This document shows, in pieces, positions 1-12,887 of a DNA stretch of 64,000 nucleotides. A program made the position numbers and the translations under genes. Under the pieces are notes generated by a model. It did not search any database and was not told the DNA's origin. It saw only the letters and a list, made by a program, of their open reading frames with translations. Location of the stretch: positions 32,922,001 through 32,986,000 of the forward strand of contig NC_058382.1 in the NCBI RefSeq assembly GCF_018350175.1, given 5' to 3'. Origin of the DNA: Felis catus. Its lineage: Eukaryota. Positions within the stretch are counted from its first letter, which is position 1, and each line of letters starts with the position of its first letter.

Positions 1-40
1 TGAAGTCAGAAGCTTAACCGACTGAGCCACCAGGCACCCC
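1..40 (-). mobile_element. Can-SINE 5' end, cut by the window edge
   Basis: Reverse complement reads ggggtgcctggtggctcagtcggttaagc (tRNA-derived head). Confidence 0.85.
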
Positions 41-992
41 AAGTTTTGCAGTTTTTAAAATGAACTTGAGTGGATCATTTGGTATCCTTCTAGACACTGC
101 GCTGGTGAGTCATGGGACATCTCTGGATGCTGAAGGCTGTATTCTTTCCTTTTACAACTCACTCCTCACTGATGATGATTTTCCAACTCTGTAGTTACCG
201 AAACCATTGGATAGCTGACACTTAGGGAGTGTAATGTCTCCTCCCCTCACTCCCTCTCTGCTTTCTCAACAGAGACTTGCTTTTGAAGAGGCCATTATTT
301 CCTTGACTCTTGAGTCTTAAAAACACAATCAGGTCCAAACCTCACACCCTGTATAACTGGTCTTCCGGCATCCTTGAACAATGATGCCATGTGTGTCCTC
401 AGAAGGTTCTCCTGAAAGTTATTCTCTGGATCATAGTGGCATAGCGGATGTGTTTAAACTGTCTTTGAGTGGTTACTTTTATTGGCCAGCTACCTCACAC
501 GTATGTCTTTATAAGCATCTGGCTTAGGGGCATAGGGAAGAAGATAGCTAGTAGGAAACATCCCCAAATGTGACATAAATCAACAGCCTGCTAGTGAATC
601 TCATGAAAGAGAATCCATGCAAAGCCAGATTATAGGGCACTATGTGGACAGCAGCTGTTTTATGAATGGAAACAGGGCATTCACAGTGACCATCAGTCTG
701 TTTCCTCCTTCGTAGGTTACATCTCTATTTTTATTCAGAGCTGTCCATTATAATACAGGTACAGAAAAATGATTTGTAGGCAGACAGAAACATTTTGTTT
801 TAGTAAATTCTTTTGCAAGCTTAAAGCAAGCTTCTAGCGGCTAAAATTGGACTTACAGTACTTTATGGTGGGCAGTCCATTGTCACAAGTAAGAGAAGGT
901 CATTGTTTTTTTATTAAAAAAAAAATTCTGATTTTGGAAAGGATTGTAATAGTGAGTGTTATGACCAACCCCTGTAGATAGATACAACTTTT

Positions 993-1219
993 TATTTATT
1001 TAAAAAAAATTTTTTTTTAATTTTTATTTATTTTTGAGAGAGAGAGACAGAGCGTGAGCAGGGGAGGAACAGAGAGAGAAGGAGACACAGAATCCGTAGC
1101 AGGCTCCAGGCTCCGAGCTGTCAGCACAGAGCCCGACCTGGGGCTCGAAGCCACGAACTGAGAGATCATGACCTGAGCCAAAGTCAGACGCTTAACCAAC
1201 TGAACCACCCAGGCGCCCC
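993..1219 (-). mobile_element. Can-SINE (felid type), full length
   Basis: Head, CT-rich linker and A-tail; TSD atacaactttt at 982 and 1221. Confidence 0.92.
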
Positions 1220-1485
1220 AATACAACTTTTCAAATCTCCAAAGAGTTTATTACTTAGGGAAGGTTCAGATATGTTTATGTAGTTTATTTAATTATCCAA
1301 ACACACTCATATGACTTGTAGTTTTGAATCTAAAACAAACAAGCCTTTTAGAAAACCTCTATCACGCAAATACACACACATACATAAAACCTATATATGT
1401 GCTTGTTTTAACAAAGCTAATTTCTTCTGGAATTCGGTAGAATTCTGAAATTTCTAAGTAGTAGCAGAGAAGTAGAATGTTGTAT

Positions 1486-1697
1486 GTGGTGCCTAGGTGG
1501 CTCAGTCAGTTAAGCGTCCGACTTTGGCTCAGATCATGATCTCACGGTTCGTGAGTTCGAGCCCCGCGTCGGGCTCTGTGCTGACAGCTCAGAGCCTGGA
1601 GCCTGCTTCGGATTCTGTGTCTCCCTCTCTCTTTGCCCCTCCCCTGCTCACACACTGCCTCTCTCTCAAAAATAAATAAACATTATTTTTTAAAAAA
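1486..1697 (+). mobile_element. Can-SINE, full length
   Basis: gtggtgcctaggtggctcagtc...aaaataaataaac; imperfect TSD agaa(g/a)tagaatgtt. Confidence 0.9.
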
Positions 1698-1719
1698 AGA
1701 AATAGAATGTTAATATAAA

Positions 1720-1910
1720 GAATATTAGCTGGGGTTTTCTTCCAATTCTGCTGCTACCAACCTGTATGTGCTCGAGGGAATGACTTAAGCCTCTCCTGGC
1801 CTGTGTTCTCAGTGGGAAAATGGGGATAATGGCACCTCTTTTAAGGGGGGTTAGCATTTAGTAAGGTTACTTACGCACTAGCACGTGGTAGGTGTTCAAT
1901 AAGCATTCAC
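1720..1910. mobile_element. MIR fragment
   Basis: MIR core-like cctgtgttctcagtgggaaaatggggataat...gcacgtggtaggtgttcaataa. Confidence 0.6.
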
Positions 1911-2509
1911 TTGTATTTCCCTTATCCTCTAAATGTCTCTGTTCTTCAGGGAAGAAAGCAGCGAATGTTAGTTCGTAAATGCCTTCCTTGATTCGCATTT
2001 GCTCTTTCTTGAAGACTGAACAGAAGAATCACGAGAAGAGCCAGAACTCCACGTTTGTTGAGAGTGATTCGTTAAAGTCCTTTCCTGTTACTTGGAAGAA
2101 GAAAAGACTGATTGTAGTATCGTCACTCATCAGTCTTTCTCTTTTTCACGATGGTCCATTTAGTAGAAAGGAATGTGCCCCGCGTGGTCAGGAAACAATG
2201 AATAAGGCAGTTCTGCTGGGCCTGAGTAGCCATGTAAAGGGTTGGCTCTGGATATCGGATCGCCTTTAAAATGGGCTGAAGAATTCTGACTTTATCTTGC
2301 GTGCGGCCTAAGGCCCCGGAGGAGGTAGGGCACTCCCAGACCAGCAGGACAAATGAGGTGTTAGCATGGGAAATATGTCGGTTAGCCTCCCCTTAGATGG
2401 GGCAGGGTGGTGCCGAGCCTGCAGGGGGAGGAACAGAGCACATTGAAGCGAGGCCCGGAGCCAGTCTCGGGAGCAATGGGAAAAAACTGGGGAAGCTCAC
2501 TTGGGCTGT

Positions 2510-3049
2510 TGTGGGGAGGCAGTGCCTGCCGTCTCCCCACCGAGGTTCCATAGCTGGATCCGTGAGATAATCTCATGGCGGGCAGATTAATAGGGGAAAG
2601 GATACACACATCTCTTCATTTTTAATATGTGTGCAAGGCATCATGGGGAATAAAAAGTGGATACCACAAAAAGTAGTGAGGAAGGGGAGGGAGGGGGTAG
2701 GCCATGCAGGGGAGAGTCAGTGGTTTTTAGGAAAGACTGGTGAGCCCTAGGAAGAATAGACCGGGAGCTATGATAGCGTGTGATCACGTTTGTCTGTGTG
2801 TGATGTCGAATTCCAGTCGTGTCACCGGCGGTAAGAGTCCATCTTCCCTGTTGGGTGAAACTCCCCAGGAGGGACTTGAGGACAGATGAGGGACAACTGA
2901 GTTCCTTTCGGAGTAGCTGACTTTAGGGAGGTAAGGGAAGTTCAGAGAAAACGTCTCCCCACATTGGCTATTTCCCAAGTGCCTTCAGCTCAAAATAATC
3001 AGTATACCAAAGCGGTATGTTTTGGGGTCGCATGTCCTTAACTCTTTCA
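2510..3049. mobile_element. Solo LTR, ERV1-like (540 bp)
   Basis: TG...CA termini with 4-bp TSD ctgt (2506-2509, 3050-3053); end cttcagctcaaaataatcagtataccaaagcggtatgttttggggt resembles MER4-group LTR ends. Confidence 0.65.
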
Positions 3050-5479
3050 CTGTCTTCCTTCTAAAGTTGAGCGTGAAGTACCATTGGGATGAAAAGCAGG
3101 ACCGCAACCTGAGAAGCACAGACCGTGTTTGAAACATTTAGATATGACGGCAGCAGGTGCGGCACAGATATCCAAGCTGCAGTGAGGTTCATGTTAAGTA
3201 ACTTGATCCCCACCTGTCACACAGACGCTAAGGAAACAGACTCAGTATTGAGATCACATTTGGGGGCACACTTGCATGATTAAAAGGAAAAGGGAAGACC
3301 TTCAGCAAAACAAAACTGTTTCTGAGTCTGGAGGCGGTATGGTCACCTGGGGAAAATCACATAATTTTCAAGCAGCTGTAAGGACCCCATGGAGCTTCCC
3401 ATGGATCGGAGGAGCCTCAGCCCGTAAGATTGTGCACCTTTCTTTAGCATCCCGCAGCGGTCTCTAGCAGGGATGGGAAGGCAGGAGCAGGAGAGATCAT
3501 CATGCGTATGTGGTTGGCGCCATGGGTGTGGCAGAAAGGGGAGATTCTGGATGACAGAAAGTCCACATGGAGGTGTCTGACTCCTGAAGGGCAGTGGGGA
3601 CAGGCAGGCAGCTGTTTCCAGGAAGGGAGGGACGAGCGTGTCCTGAGGGTCACCAGCATGTTCTTACAGTCTGTGCCGGACCAGGTTAGAGAAGTAAAAG
3701 CTAATAGGCGACGAAGGGAAATTCTCATGGGAGAACTTGCCAGAGAAGGTTAGCGTCCTATGTTTGTCGCCCTGGCTGAGGCACAGCTGAGAACACCTGT
3801 GGCCAGGTGGAGAGCCGTGAGATCAACATGTCTGATGAACCGTCCATGTGGATACTCGGGATGGTGAGAGAAGGTGAAGGTAGAAAAGAAAATTTGGGGT
3901 CCTGAAGACCCTGCGGTATTGAGCTGTGTATTAGGGGACAGTAGCAGACGACAACAATCACGTTTTTCTGTCTTCAGCCAGTCTCCCTACCCGCATAGAG
4001 GACACGTATATGCTGTGAGCCTTGAATGTCTACATGCGAAATGGAAGTGTGCTAAAGAGGGCTAGGTCCGCTCCAAGGAGAAGTGACTTCTTACGAGAAT
4101 TTCCATTGAATTGCTTCTCAGGAGGCATGGGAGGCCTCCAAGGCCCGTGTGGGTCAAATACAGGCTTTTAATTATTTTGTACTCTCAGTGGGATTTTCTT
4201 CATTGAGAATAAAATGCCATGCCAATATGAGAGTTATTAAAAATTCTTTCACGGAAAATATTACCTGCAGTAAAAGGAATTAAACTCACAGTTCGTCGTA
4301 TTATGTTTGGTTAACGGTGTAGCCGTAATTTATTTTTCAGGGTTTTCAAGGATGTGCTTTTATGACCTACAGATTAAGCGTGTGTCAAATGATCGTGTGG
4401 CCTTTTTTTTTTTTTAAAAGTGAAGAATTATATGGCAATTTAAAACATTTTTGTATTCTTTTGTTAGAGGTTTTATGAACATTGATTTTTAACGTCCCGT
4501 TTTCTTCCTTGGATTTCCTACTAAGCACGCATAAGAAATTCACATCTAGAACAGGATGGAGGGACACTTGAGAAAGATTTATCTGCAAAGATCGGATGTT
4601 GCTCTGGATACATAAGTGATGTGGGGACCTCTGGTGGCTTAGCGTGTTTTTCCATCTTAAAGAATAGCGATCCTAAGTGGAAAGCTAGCCGTCGAATTCC
4701 AGTTGGAGAGGGCTTTCGAGAACATCGAGTCGAACTTCCTCGCTTGACAAGAGGGCGAGCTGAGTCTCATCAGGGCTGAATGACTTTCCCGGGACCTCAC
4801 GGCAGACACAAGACAGCAAGCGGCTGAAACAGTTTTCTTTGCACAGCATGCCACCGTCCCCTGGGAGAGGCTGTGTCACAAAGCGGTCAATGGCGGTCAA
4901 TGGCAGTCAATGTCACCTAGCGCACAGTCCTACGATTCCTGTCCAGTTTCTCCTCCCGTACCACTTGCATCCATGCTTGCCTCTGCACCCTCACTCCCTC
5001 TGTTCGTGGTCTTTCCTTCTCTCACGGGGCGATTCCAGACCCTCCAGGGCTTCTCCCTGCTCTTAGCCTTTTCCTCTTTGGTTTGTCCACTCCTACCAAC
5101 CGATGTTTCCGCTCAAAAGCTTGGACCGGGTCACCACAGCCCCTGGCTCACACTTCATCTCTGAATCACCCTTGCCCAAAGGCTTCTTGACGTGATTAAC
5201 AGGATTTGAAAACAGGTCGACACGAGTCCAAAAGTGGTGTTCTTTATACAGTCTCCTTTCTCTTTCAAATCGTGATCCTGCCACTGGTGTGTGGTCTTAA
5301 CCTCTTCAAGCTACTTTCTTCGCCCGTCAAGTGCAAGTGGTAGAACTGACCTCAAGGAATTGTGGAGAGTTGATCTTGTAAAGCCCCTAATATACAGTAC
5401 CCGGCACGTACCCAGCCTATGGTACGTGCTTAGTGGATGGTAGCTCTCGTTGGTAGACTGCACTCATCTGTCGTAACTT

Positions 5480-5595
5480 TTACCCCACCGCATGGAGAGC
5501 TCCTTGAGGGCAGGGGCTTTGCTGTCCTGTCTTCTGGGTTTAGTGCAATGCCTGGCATACAGGAGGTGCCTCAGCAATATTTATTGAATGAAAAT
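5480..5595 (+). mobile_element. L2 3' end fragment
   Basis: gagctccttgagggcagggg...tgcctggcatacaggaggtgcctcagcaatatttattgaatgaa. Confidence 0.65.
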
Positions 5596-5623
5596 GGGCC
5601 ATGAAGTCTTAAGCAAGTCTTTT

Positions 5624-5862
5624 ATTTTTTTATTTTTTTATTTTTTTAATTTTTTTTTCCAACGTTTATTTATTTTTGGGACAGAGAGAGACAGAGCATG
5701 AATGGGGGAGGGGCAGAGAGAGAGGGAGACACAGAATTGGAAACAGGCTCCAGGCTCTGAGCCATCAGCCCAGAGCCCGACGTGGGGCTCGAACTCACGG
5801 ACCGCGAGATCGTGACCTGGCTGAAGTCGGATGCTTAACCGACTGCGCCACCCAGGCGCCCC
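5624..5862 (-). mobile_element. Young SINEC_Fc-type SINE
   Basis: Diagnostic gcgcagtcgg, cagccaggtcacg, gggctgatgg; perfect 15-bp TSD ttaagcaagtctttt at 5609 and 5863. Confidence 0.95.
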
Positions 5863-6988
5863 TTAAGCAAGTCTTTTAATGTGAGTCCCAATCCTGTGAC
5901 TAAAATCAAGAGGACTGGTGGAATGAAAATAATGCGTATAAAACCCCTAGCACGGTGCCTGGTCCATAGTTATAATTCAATGAACAGTAGCTATTGGCGA
6001 GATCATGTTTATCCTTAAAAAGCCAAGATCAAGTATTAGCTCCTCTGTAAAGCTTCTTTGGCTGCCTTTCCCTGCCCCCTGCCAAATTAATCATTTCCTA
6101 TCCCTTGCTCTCATACTCCAGGAAGGATGGTTGAGTGGGGAAAACAAGGGTTTTAGAATCTGATAGGACTTGGGCTGAGTCCTGGTCATGTGACCTTTAT
6201 AACTTGAACCTAAGTTAGTTGGTCTACCCTAGTAAAATACAGATCTTTTTTGGAGCAGGGATAGAGTCCTGTTAATCTTGCCTGGTATATAGTAGGTGCT
6301 CAAAAAATATGCAATGAGTTCAATATAGCACCAAAATCTTGTTAAATGTTAGAAAACTGTAAATAAAACAGGACCAGTACAAATGAGACATTACAGAATA
6401 TCAAGTAGAGAAAAAAAAGTAAAATTTAAAATGATAACACATGATACTCTGCAAAAGCTAGAAAGCCCATGCTAAGGGTTAAAAGAGAGCAGAAGAAATG
6501 CAAAGCGTGACATTTGAACAAATGATAAAAATATGGCCGACACAGGCGTGGGTAGAGAAGATAAATCATAAGAAACAGGTTACTTCTGGTACTAACATTT
6601 TCACACAAAGGGCTGGAAGTGGTAGGAGGTACAGCTTGGAGAATAAGATCTCAGAACCTACAGCTTTACAACTTCCAGAATATTCCAGGCACTGGCTTCT
6701 TTCATCCTCATCGCGCTGAAGTGGGTGGGCGATCACAAGCCCTCTTGTTAGGGTCCAGGCAGCAGTGAAGAAAACTCCAGAGACCTACCAGTTAACACAC
6801 AGAAAGACGCAGGGCTGGGCTACGGATCCGCTGAGTCCGCACACAGTGTTGTTCCCCGTCTAGCATGTAACCTATGCACCAGGAAGGTGGGGGGTCTAAT
6901 ATAATGACAGACAGCTTATAAATTAATGTATGTGGCATTTAATGCTTAGGCCTAACAGTTGTAATGGAAAGGTGTGTTTGTCTTTCAG

Positions 6989-7071
6989 TTTATGCCTGTT
7001 CAAGTACCAAATGATGAAGAAAAAAGCGATCCCATCCTTTTTGCCTGTAGAGTCCGGAGTCTAATGGCAGA
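6989..7071 (+). CDS. LPCAT2: LPCAT2 coding exon (exon 9 by analogy to human), 83 nt
   Basis: tttcag|TTTATG...GCAGA|gtaagt; encodes FMPVQVPNDEEKSDPILFACRVRSLMA(E), recognisable LPCAT2 sequence; phase fits next exon. Confidence 0.96.
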
Positions 7072-8983
7072 GTAAGTTTCTATAGCTCATCATAATCAAT
7101 AAATAGTTTTTAAATGATTGGTAAATATATAGTTTTTATATAGTTTTAGGATTTGTTTTTGTTTGTTTGTTTTTTGTTTTTTTTAATTCCGAGGGTCTCA
7201 TTTCTTAAGTCATTCTGGTTAGAAATTCTAAATGTGCCCAGGAATGCGGTAAAACAATCTACGAATATTTTCCCCAGATGCAACCCCAAACTAATGGGTA
7301 TGTGTCTTTGCCAGAAAGGGAGCAGGGAGGATTCAATAACCAGAAGAGACCAGCCAGTGACTTCCACGGGGTGGATTCTCCTAAGCTGGCCTGTGGCTGT
7401 CTGACAAAGCCTTGTGACGGTCTGAGCCCTTCATGGTCCGCTTCCTATGGCCCAGCCTCCACAGAGCTGCCAACGCTGGGTGTTTCAAAGGCATTAATGA
7501 ATACAGCAACAAAAAGGAGGAAGTTTGCAAGGGAACGTGATGGAGGCACAGAAACGGGGGGGAGTCACCCCCATTCGGAATGGCTATAAGTTTAGGATTT
7601 GTAAATCGCAGAACGGGAGGCAAGTATTGTCCTGCGCTTAAGGGAGTTGTAACTGCCCATCACTCTGATTAGATCAATCTCCTCCCGTCCTGTAATGAAA
7701 GCATGCATGTCGTACTGTCCGACCTCCCAGGCAGCCCTCCGGGGTGCTCACTCTCATGCCAGGTGCCACCTCTTTCCGCCATTCCAGTAGGAGGGTTGAC
7801 ACTCATAGGCCGGCGATATTTATCCCCAGTAAACATTCAAATGAGAACTCTGAATTTAGCTTCATGACTGAATTTGGTATTATAAGCAAGATTATATTTT
7901 TTATTACGTCTATATTATATATATATATTAATATTTCACAGGAGAAGAACTTTATTTTCAAAACAATAAATTTTCAAACGTTCAAAAAAATTTTACTAGG
8001 TGTACCTATAGGTACTTGATTTTCCCAGTTTCTAGATTAGCTACAAAATTTGCTTTTATATTGTTTTCTTCCCTTTCTTCTTATGTTTTCATAGGAGCTC
8101 ATGTCCAAAAGTTAGGAACTAAGATACATTTGGGGAATGGAGGGAATTTATACCAGGTATCTTGACCTCCCAATAATTTGCCTAAAAACAGAGCAGGGAT
8201 TTGATTAGGCAGCCGTTTTGGTTTTTTTCTGAATTCGGAGCCGTGGAGATTTAAGGGTCTTGGATAAAGAGTAGGAAAGACCTCCATTAGCTGCACAACC
8301 ATGGACAGACAAGTCCCTCGAGGGGTCCTTTTCCTCCAGTGTAAAGTTGGAGTTAGAATACTCGTCTCTCCTCTCTGATGGTTCTGGTTATCCTGAGAGT
8401 CACCTAGGAGAGTGTGTGACAGAAGCATTTGAAAGTGGTAAAGTGGTGGTGCTACTACTCTTGATAAATACTTACCGAGTACTGTGCCAGGCTGTTACTC
8501 TGGGTAGCTAACGTGACCCTCACAGCACTTCTAGGAGGCAAGCGAGGGACCTGAGATTCAGAGCGGGAAGTCGTTTGCCCAAGATCATAGCAGACAGTGA
8601 GGGTCTGGGCTGGGACTCACATCCCCACTTGCTACCCAAACCCAAAAGCTCTTAACGAGCACGCTGTACCCATGGAGCATGATAAATTATACATTCCTGA
8701 AATAGTTAAAATGTTTATTTTCCCACTTACGTATTCTTATACCAGAATGTTTACTCATCAAAAATAGCCTAGTTGTAGATAGAAAAAAATACTTTATTCG
8801 TATCCCATTTATTGAAAATGTCACGTTCTTCACGGTGATTCAACAAAACCAAATACCGTTGAAGATCTAACTTCATGAGTCTCACTGAATATTTGTGAAT
8901 GAAAGTTTTGTGAAGAGGAATCTTCAGGAAATTATTTCATGTTCTGGCCAGGCTTTCTTCTCAGTACTCAGTTTTTTTCAAGT

Positions 8984-8988
<5 letters not shown>

Positions 8989-9037
<49 letters not shown>

Positions 9038-9053
9038 ATATATATATATATAT
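8989..9053. repeat. (TA)n microsatellite, about 32 units, short TG interruptions
   Basis: Direct reading. Confidence 0.95.
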
Positions 9054-9708
9054 TTCCAATCTAATTCATTATCAGATCTCTGAGCAGGAGGGAGCTAGTA
9101 GGGGTTATGTGCTCCTTCGAGGGTGGAGGATGTTTAGGTTTGGAAGAAATCTTGAGCTTATTATCAGTTCTCTTTAGTATTTTCAGAAGATTATGTAGCA
9201 AGAAGTCATCTCCAGTTTCGAGAGATGGAAAAACGCAGATGGCTAGCGATTCGGGTAGATTACTCACTTACACTGTGTACAGACAAACGTAGCTGTTCAA
9301 ATGGTACTCCCACAGGCATTTTCGGCCCATCTTTACAATAGATAACCCTGTAGAGTAAGTAGGGTAATTATTCCTATATACAGATGACAAGAGCGAGGCT
9401 TAGGTTAAGAGCCAAAAGGTCCACAGCTGGTGAAAGACTCCACCGGACTGGAACATAAGCCTTATTCCTTTCCCTGAGACTGAAGTCAGCTATTGTCACA
9501 GTTAAAACACAAAACAACCAGGAAGTCTGTGCAGAAGGAGAGAAATACGTCTCTTTTGCAATAATAAGCCAAAGCTACTGGTTTAAAAAGTAGTAAATAC
9601 TTTCCTGTTTACTGTTGTTCGTTCACCAGCTCAGGCCTAATGAAAAAATCATTACCTTTCTTAAAAAAAAAAAAAAATTGAATTTGTTTGCTTTGAAATG
9701 CCGTTTAG

Positions 9709-9834
9709 AGCTTTGGGAATTCCAGTAACAGACCACACCTATGAAGACTGCAGATTAATGATCTCAGCAGGACAGCTAACGTTGCCCATGGAAGCTGGGC
9801 TGGTGGAATTTACCAAAATTAGCCGGAAATTAAA
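9709..9834 (+). CDS. LPCAT2: LPCAT2 coding exon (exon 10), 126 nt
   Basis: gtttag|AGCTTTG...TTAAA|gtaagt; encodes ALGIPVTDHTYEDCRLMISAGQLTLPMEAGLVEFTKISRKL(K). Confidence 0.97.
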
Positions 9835-10506
9835 GTAAGTATACCTTTAAATTGCTACAGTTTTGTAAAGGTGTCCCAAAGAGATCTGAACTCCTCTACG
9901 CTTCTTTTCCCTGGTTTCATTAATGCTCGGCTCTCGAACCTCCATGGTGTTTATTAAGGAAGGCAGAGTTGTGAATTTATCTCCTACTTAGTTCATCCGG
10001 TTGTGTTTTTTCAAGGACAGTTAACTCAGAGACATATGTGTTGGTCACAGGAGGAGACTGAGAGAGAGTGGATATGGACCAGCACAGATCTGCCTCTGCC
10101 CAGAAGGGTCTCAGAGCAGTCAGCCTACCCCGCTGCCCTTTGCAAGGATGGCGTAATTAGATGGGACTGGCATGCGGTGGTCAGAACTTCTCGTGTGAAA
10201 AATGAATTGACTTGTAGAGAAGCAATTCTGACCATCACTGAATTTTAAGTACTTACCCTCAATCTCCTTTTTCTTCTGGGTACATACTTTTTTTTTTTTA
10301 AGGCCAAAACACCCCTTTGTGCTTTTATGAACAACCCATTTGAACCATCTGCTATGAAAGGTGTCACCCCTGGTTTCCCACTTACTACCATTCACTCTGT
10401 TTTCAGCCTTATTAGGGATTTGCAGAATGTATTGATTCCCTTGGCCTTGGCATCCTCCTTAGGAGGGAGCTGCAGAAGCAGTTATTGTGTTAAAGGTCAA
10501 TATTTA

Positions 10507-10711
10507 CTTATTTTTTTAAATATTTTTTTGATACTTATTTATTTTTGAGAGAGAGGGATAGAGTGTAAGAGACAGTGAGGGAGACCCAGAATCTGAAGCA
10601 GGCTCCAGGCTCTGAGCTTCTGAGGCTTCTGAGCACAGAAACCCACAAGCCACAAGATCGTGACCTGAGCCAAAGTCGGGTACTTAACCGACTGAGCCAC
10701 CCAGACACCCC
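10507..10711 (-). mobile_element. Can-SINE with internal rearrangement
   Basis: TSD aggtcaatattta at 10494 and 10714. Confidence 0.9.
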
Positions 10712-11239
10712 AGAGGTCAATATTTAAAGATAATAGAGCAAGTATTATTTATATCTTCCAGATAGCAAACATGTTTTGATGTTATATTTACAAAATTCGT
10801 ATAAATTTGAAAAGTTTAGATACTGAAATTGGATACAGAAGAAAGCAGTTATGTGTTAAGTCAACTGTTTAGTAGTACAAGACAAAGGCAGATGTGCTGT
10901 AAGCTACGGTATGTTTTCTGATGTTTTAGTGTTTTTATAACTAACATCAGAGGAAGTGTGTCCTATCTAATGAATCTCCGACACAACATTTTGTGAAATG
11001 TGCGTTCATTATCAGCCTGGAAGCTCCTTAGAAATTAAGAGTGGTATTTTTTTTTTTTAACAACTCAATAAGTACTTTTGACCTAATTAGTAATATTTGG
11101 ATTACAATATGATTTCTTATTTTCTTTTCATGAGTCATTTCTTGTTCTGTCACATTGCTCTTCTCAGTTACTTTTCTTTTGCACAGATATTTGCGGGAAA
11201 TTAGTCTTACCGATATCCTTTAAAAGACTCAGAAGCCTG

Positions 11240-11443
11240 GGGGGCACCTGGGTGGCTTAGTCGGTTAAGCATCCGACTTTGGCTCAGATCATGATCCCAT
11301 GGTTTGTGGGCTCGAGCCCCGTGTCAGGCTCTGTGCTGACAGCTTGGAGCCCGGAGCCTGCTTCAGATTCTCTGTCTCCCTCTCTCTCTCTGCCCTTCCC
11401 CCTCTTGTTTTCTCTCTCAAAAATAAATAAACATGAAAAAAAA
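11240..11443 (+). mobile_element. Can-SINE
   Basis: ggggcacctgggtggcttagtcgg...aaaataaataaac; imperfect TSD ctcagaa(g/a)cctg. Confidence 0.9.
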
Positions 11444-11614
11444 CCCCTCAGAAACCTGTATACATGTTCCATAGGTATCCCAAAATACCCATTTTATCTT
11501 CATTTTCAAATGTAATGATGTACGATATTTTTTCCCTCAGACAAACGAATGTTCGTAAAATGTCCTTGTGGATTGTAAGGGGCTGACAACACGCATCTCT
11601 GATTGTTTGCTTAG

Positions 11615-11768
11615 GTTAGATTGGGATAGCATTCGTAAGCAGTTGGACGAGTACGCAACCATTGCCTGTTGTTCCAAAGGAGGAAGAATTGGAATTGACG
11701 AATTTGCAGAGTATTTAAAGTTGCCTGTTTCAGATGTCTTGAGACAACTCTTCACACTCTTCGACAGG
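11615..11768 (+). CDS. LPCAT2: LPCAT2 coding exon (exon 11), 154 nt
   Basis: gcttag|GTTAGAT...GACAGG|gtatgt; encodes LDWDSIRKQLDEYATIACCSKGGRIGIDEFAEYLKLPVSDVLRQLFTLFDR (ORF track 11568..11777). Confidence 0.97.
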
Positions 11769-12389
11769 GTATGTTAAAACGTGATCTTCAACTTGCTAAC
11801 GTTCATACTCTGCCCGTCTCCACGGGGCATAAATCAGTACGGCATTAGAAGAACTTGGCAGGTCGCTGTTAGAGGAAGCGAGGCCGAGTGTGTGGTTTAA
11901 TTTCATGATTTTGTTTGTTCCCCTTAATAAACGAGAGCAGTAGTAATGTCATGATGTGCTTGTGTGCGTGCACGTGTGTGTTGCAACAGTTATGATAGTA
12001 TCTATTTATTTTAAACACCAAGTCAGAAGTAAAGATTGTGACCATACAAACCGTGTTTGTAATACGGAAATTGCCAAGGCCTCTTTAACTGGCAGGAACT
12101 TAAATATTTATGTCAAAATTCATACATTGATGACAGGGGTGGTACTGTTCTGTTCTGAAGGTTTTGGACTGCCCCCAAAATGTGTGACCACCAAGTAGAT
12201 TTCCTTTTCAAATAACATTTTAGGACAAAGGCTTCAATTAAAGCTTGGCTGTTAGCCATTGTATTGGGGGTACAATTTTCTGCTTATGAATATGTCAGTA
12301 CACGCAGTTAGATAACTGAATTGTCACGGAGTCTCCTTAGGAAAAATGTATCAAGGTTTCAAGTTCTCTATTTTTAATGTGTTTTTTAA

Positions 12390-12887
12390 CATATAAAATT
12401 GACAGTGAAGTTTACTGTCTTGGTTACAGTTTTACGAGGGTTCATAAATGCATCGAGGCATATAACTACCACTCCATTCAAGATATATCACAGGTGCAAA
12501 AAAAGTATCCCCTGGGGCTATTCTTTTATAGTCAAATCCTTGCCCTACCCTTAACCCCCAACAGTCACTCCAACCCTACAGCTTTGCCCTTTCTAGACGC
12601 CATATAGATGGAATTGAAGGGTATATATCCTTTTCAGTCTGGCTTCTTTGGCATAATGCATCTGAAATTCAGCGGTGCTGTTGTGTGTATCAGTAATTTG
12701 TTCCCCTTTCCTGCGGAGTGGTATTCCATTGTATGGACGCAACATTCTTGGCGTATCCGTTCCCCAACTGAGGAGAGTTTGGTTTGTTTCCAATTTGGGG
12801 CCATTAAGAATACAAACTGTGAATATTCCTGTATAGGTTTTTGTGTGAATGTAGGCTTTCGTTTCACCTGGGTACATACCTAGGACT
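12390..12887 (-). mobile_element. Old L1 3' fragment (L1MB/L1MC-like)
   Basis: gtattccattgtatggac, tttccaatttggggccatt, tttcacctgggtacatacctagga; typical antisense L1 3' region. Confidence 0.75.
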
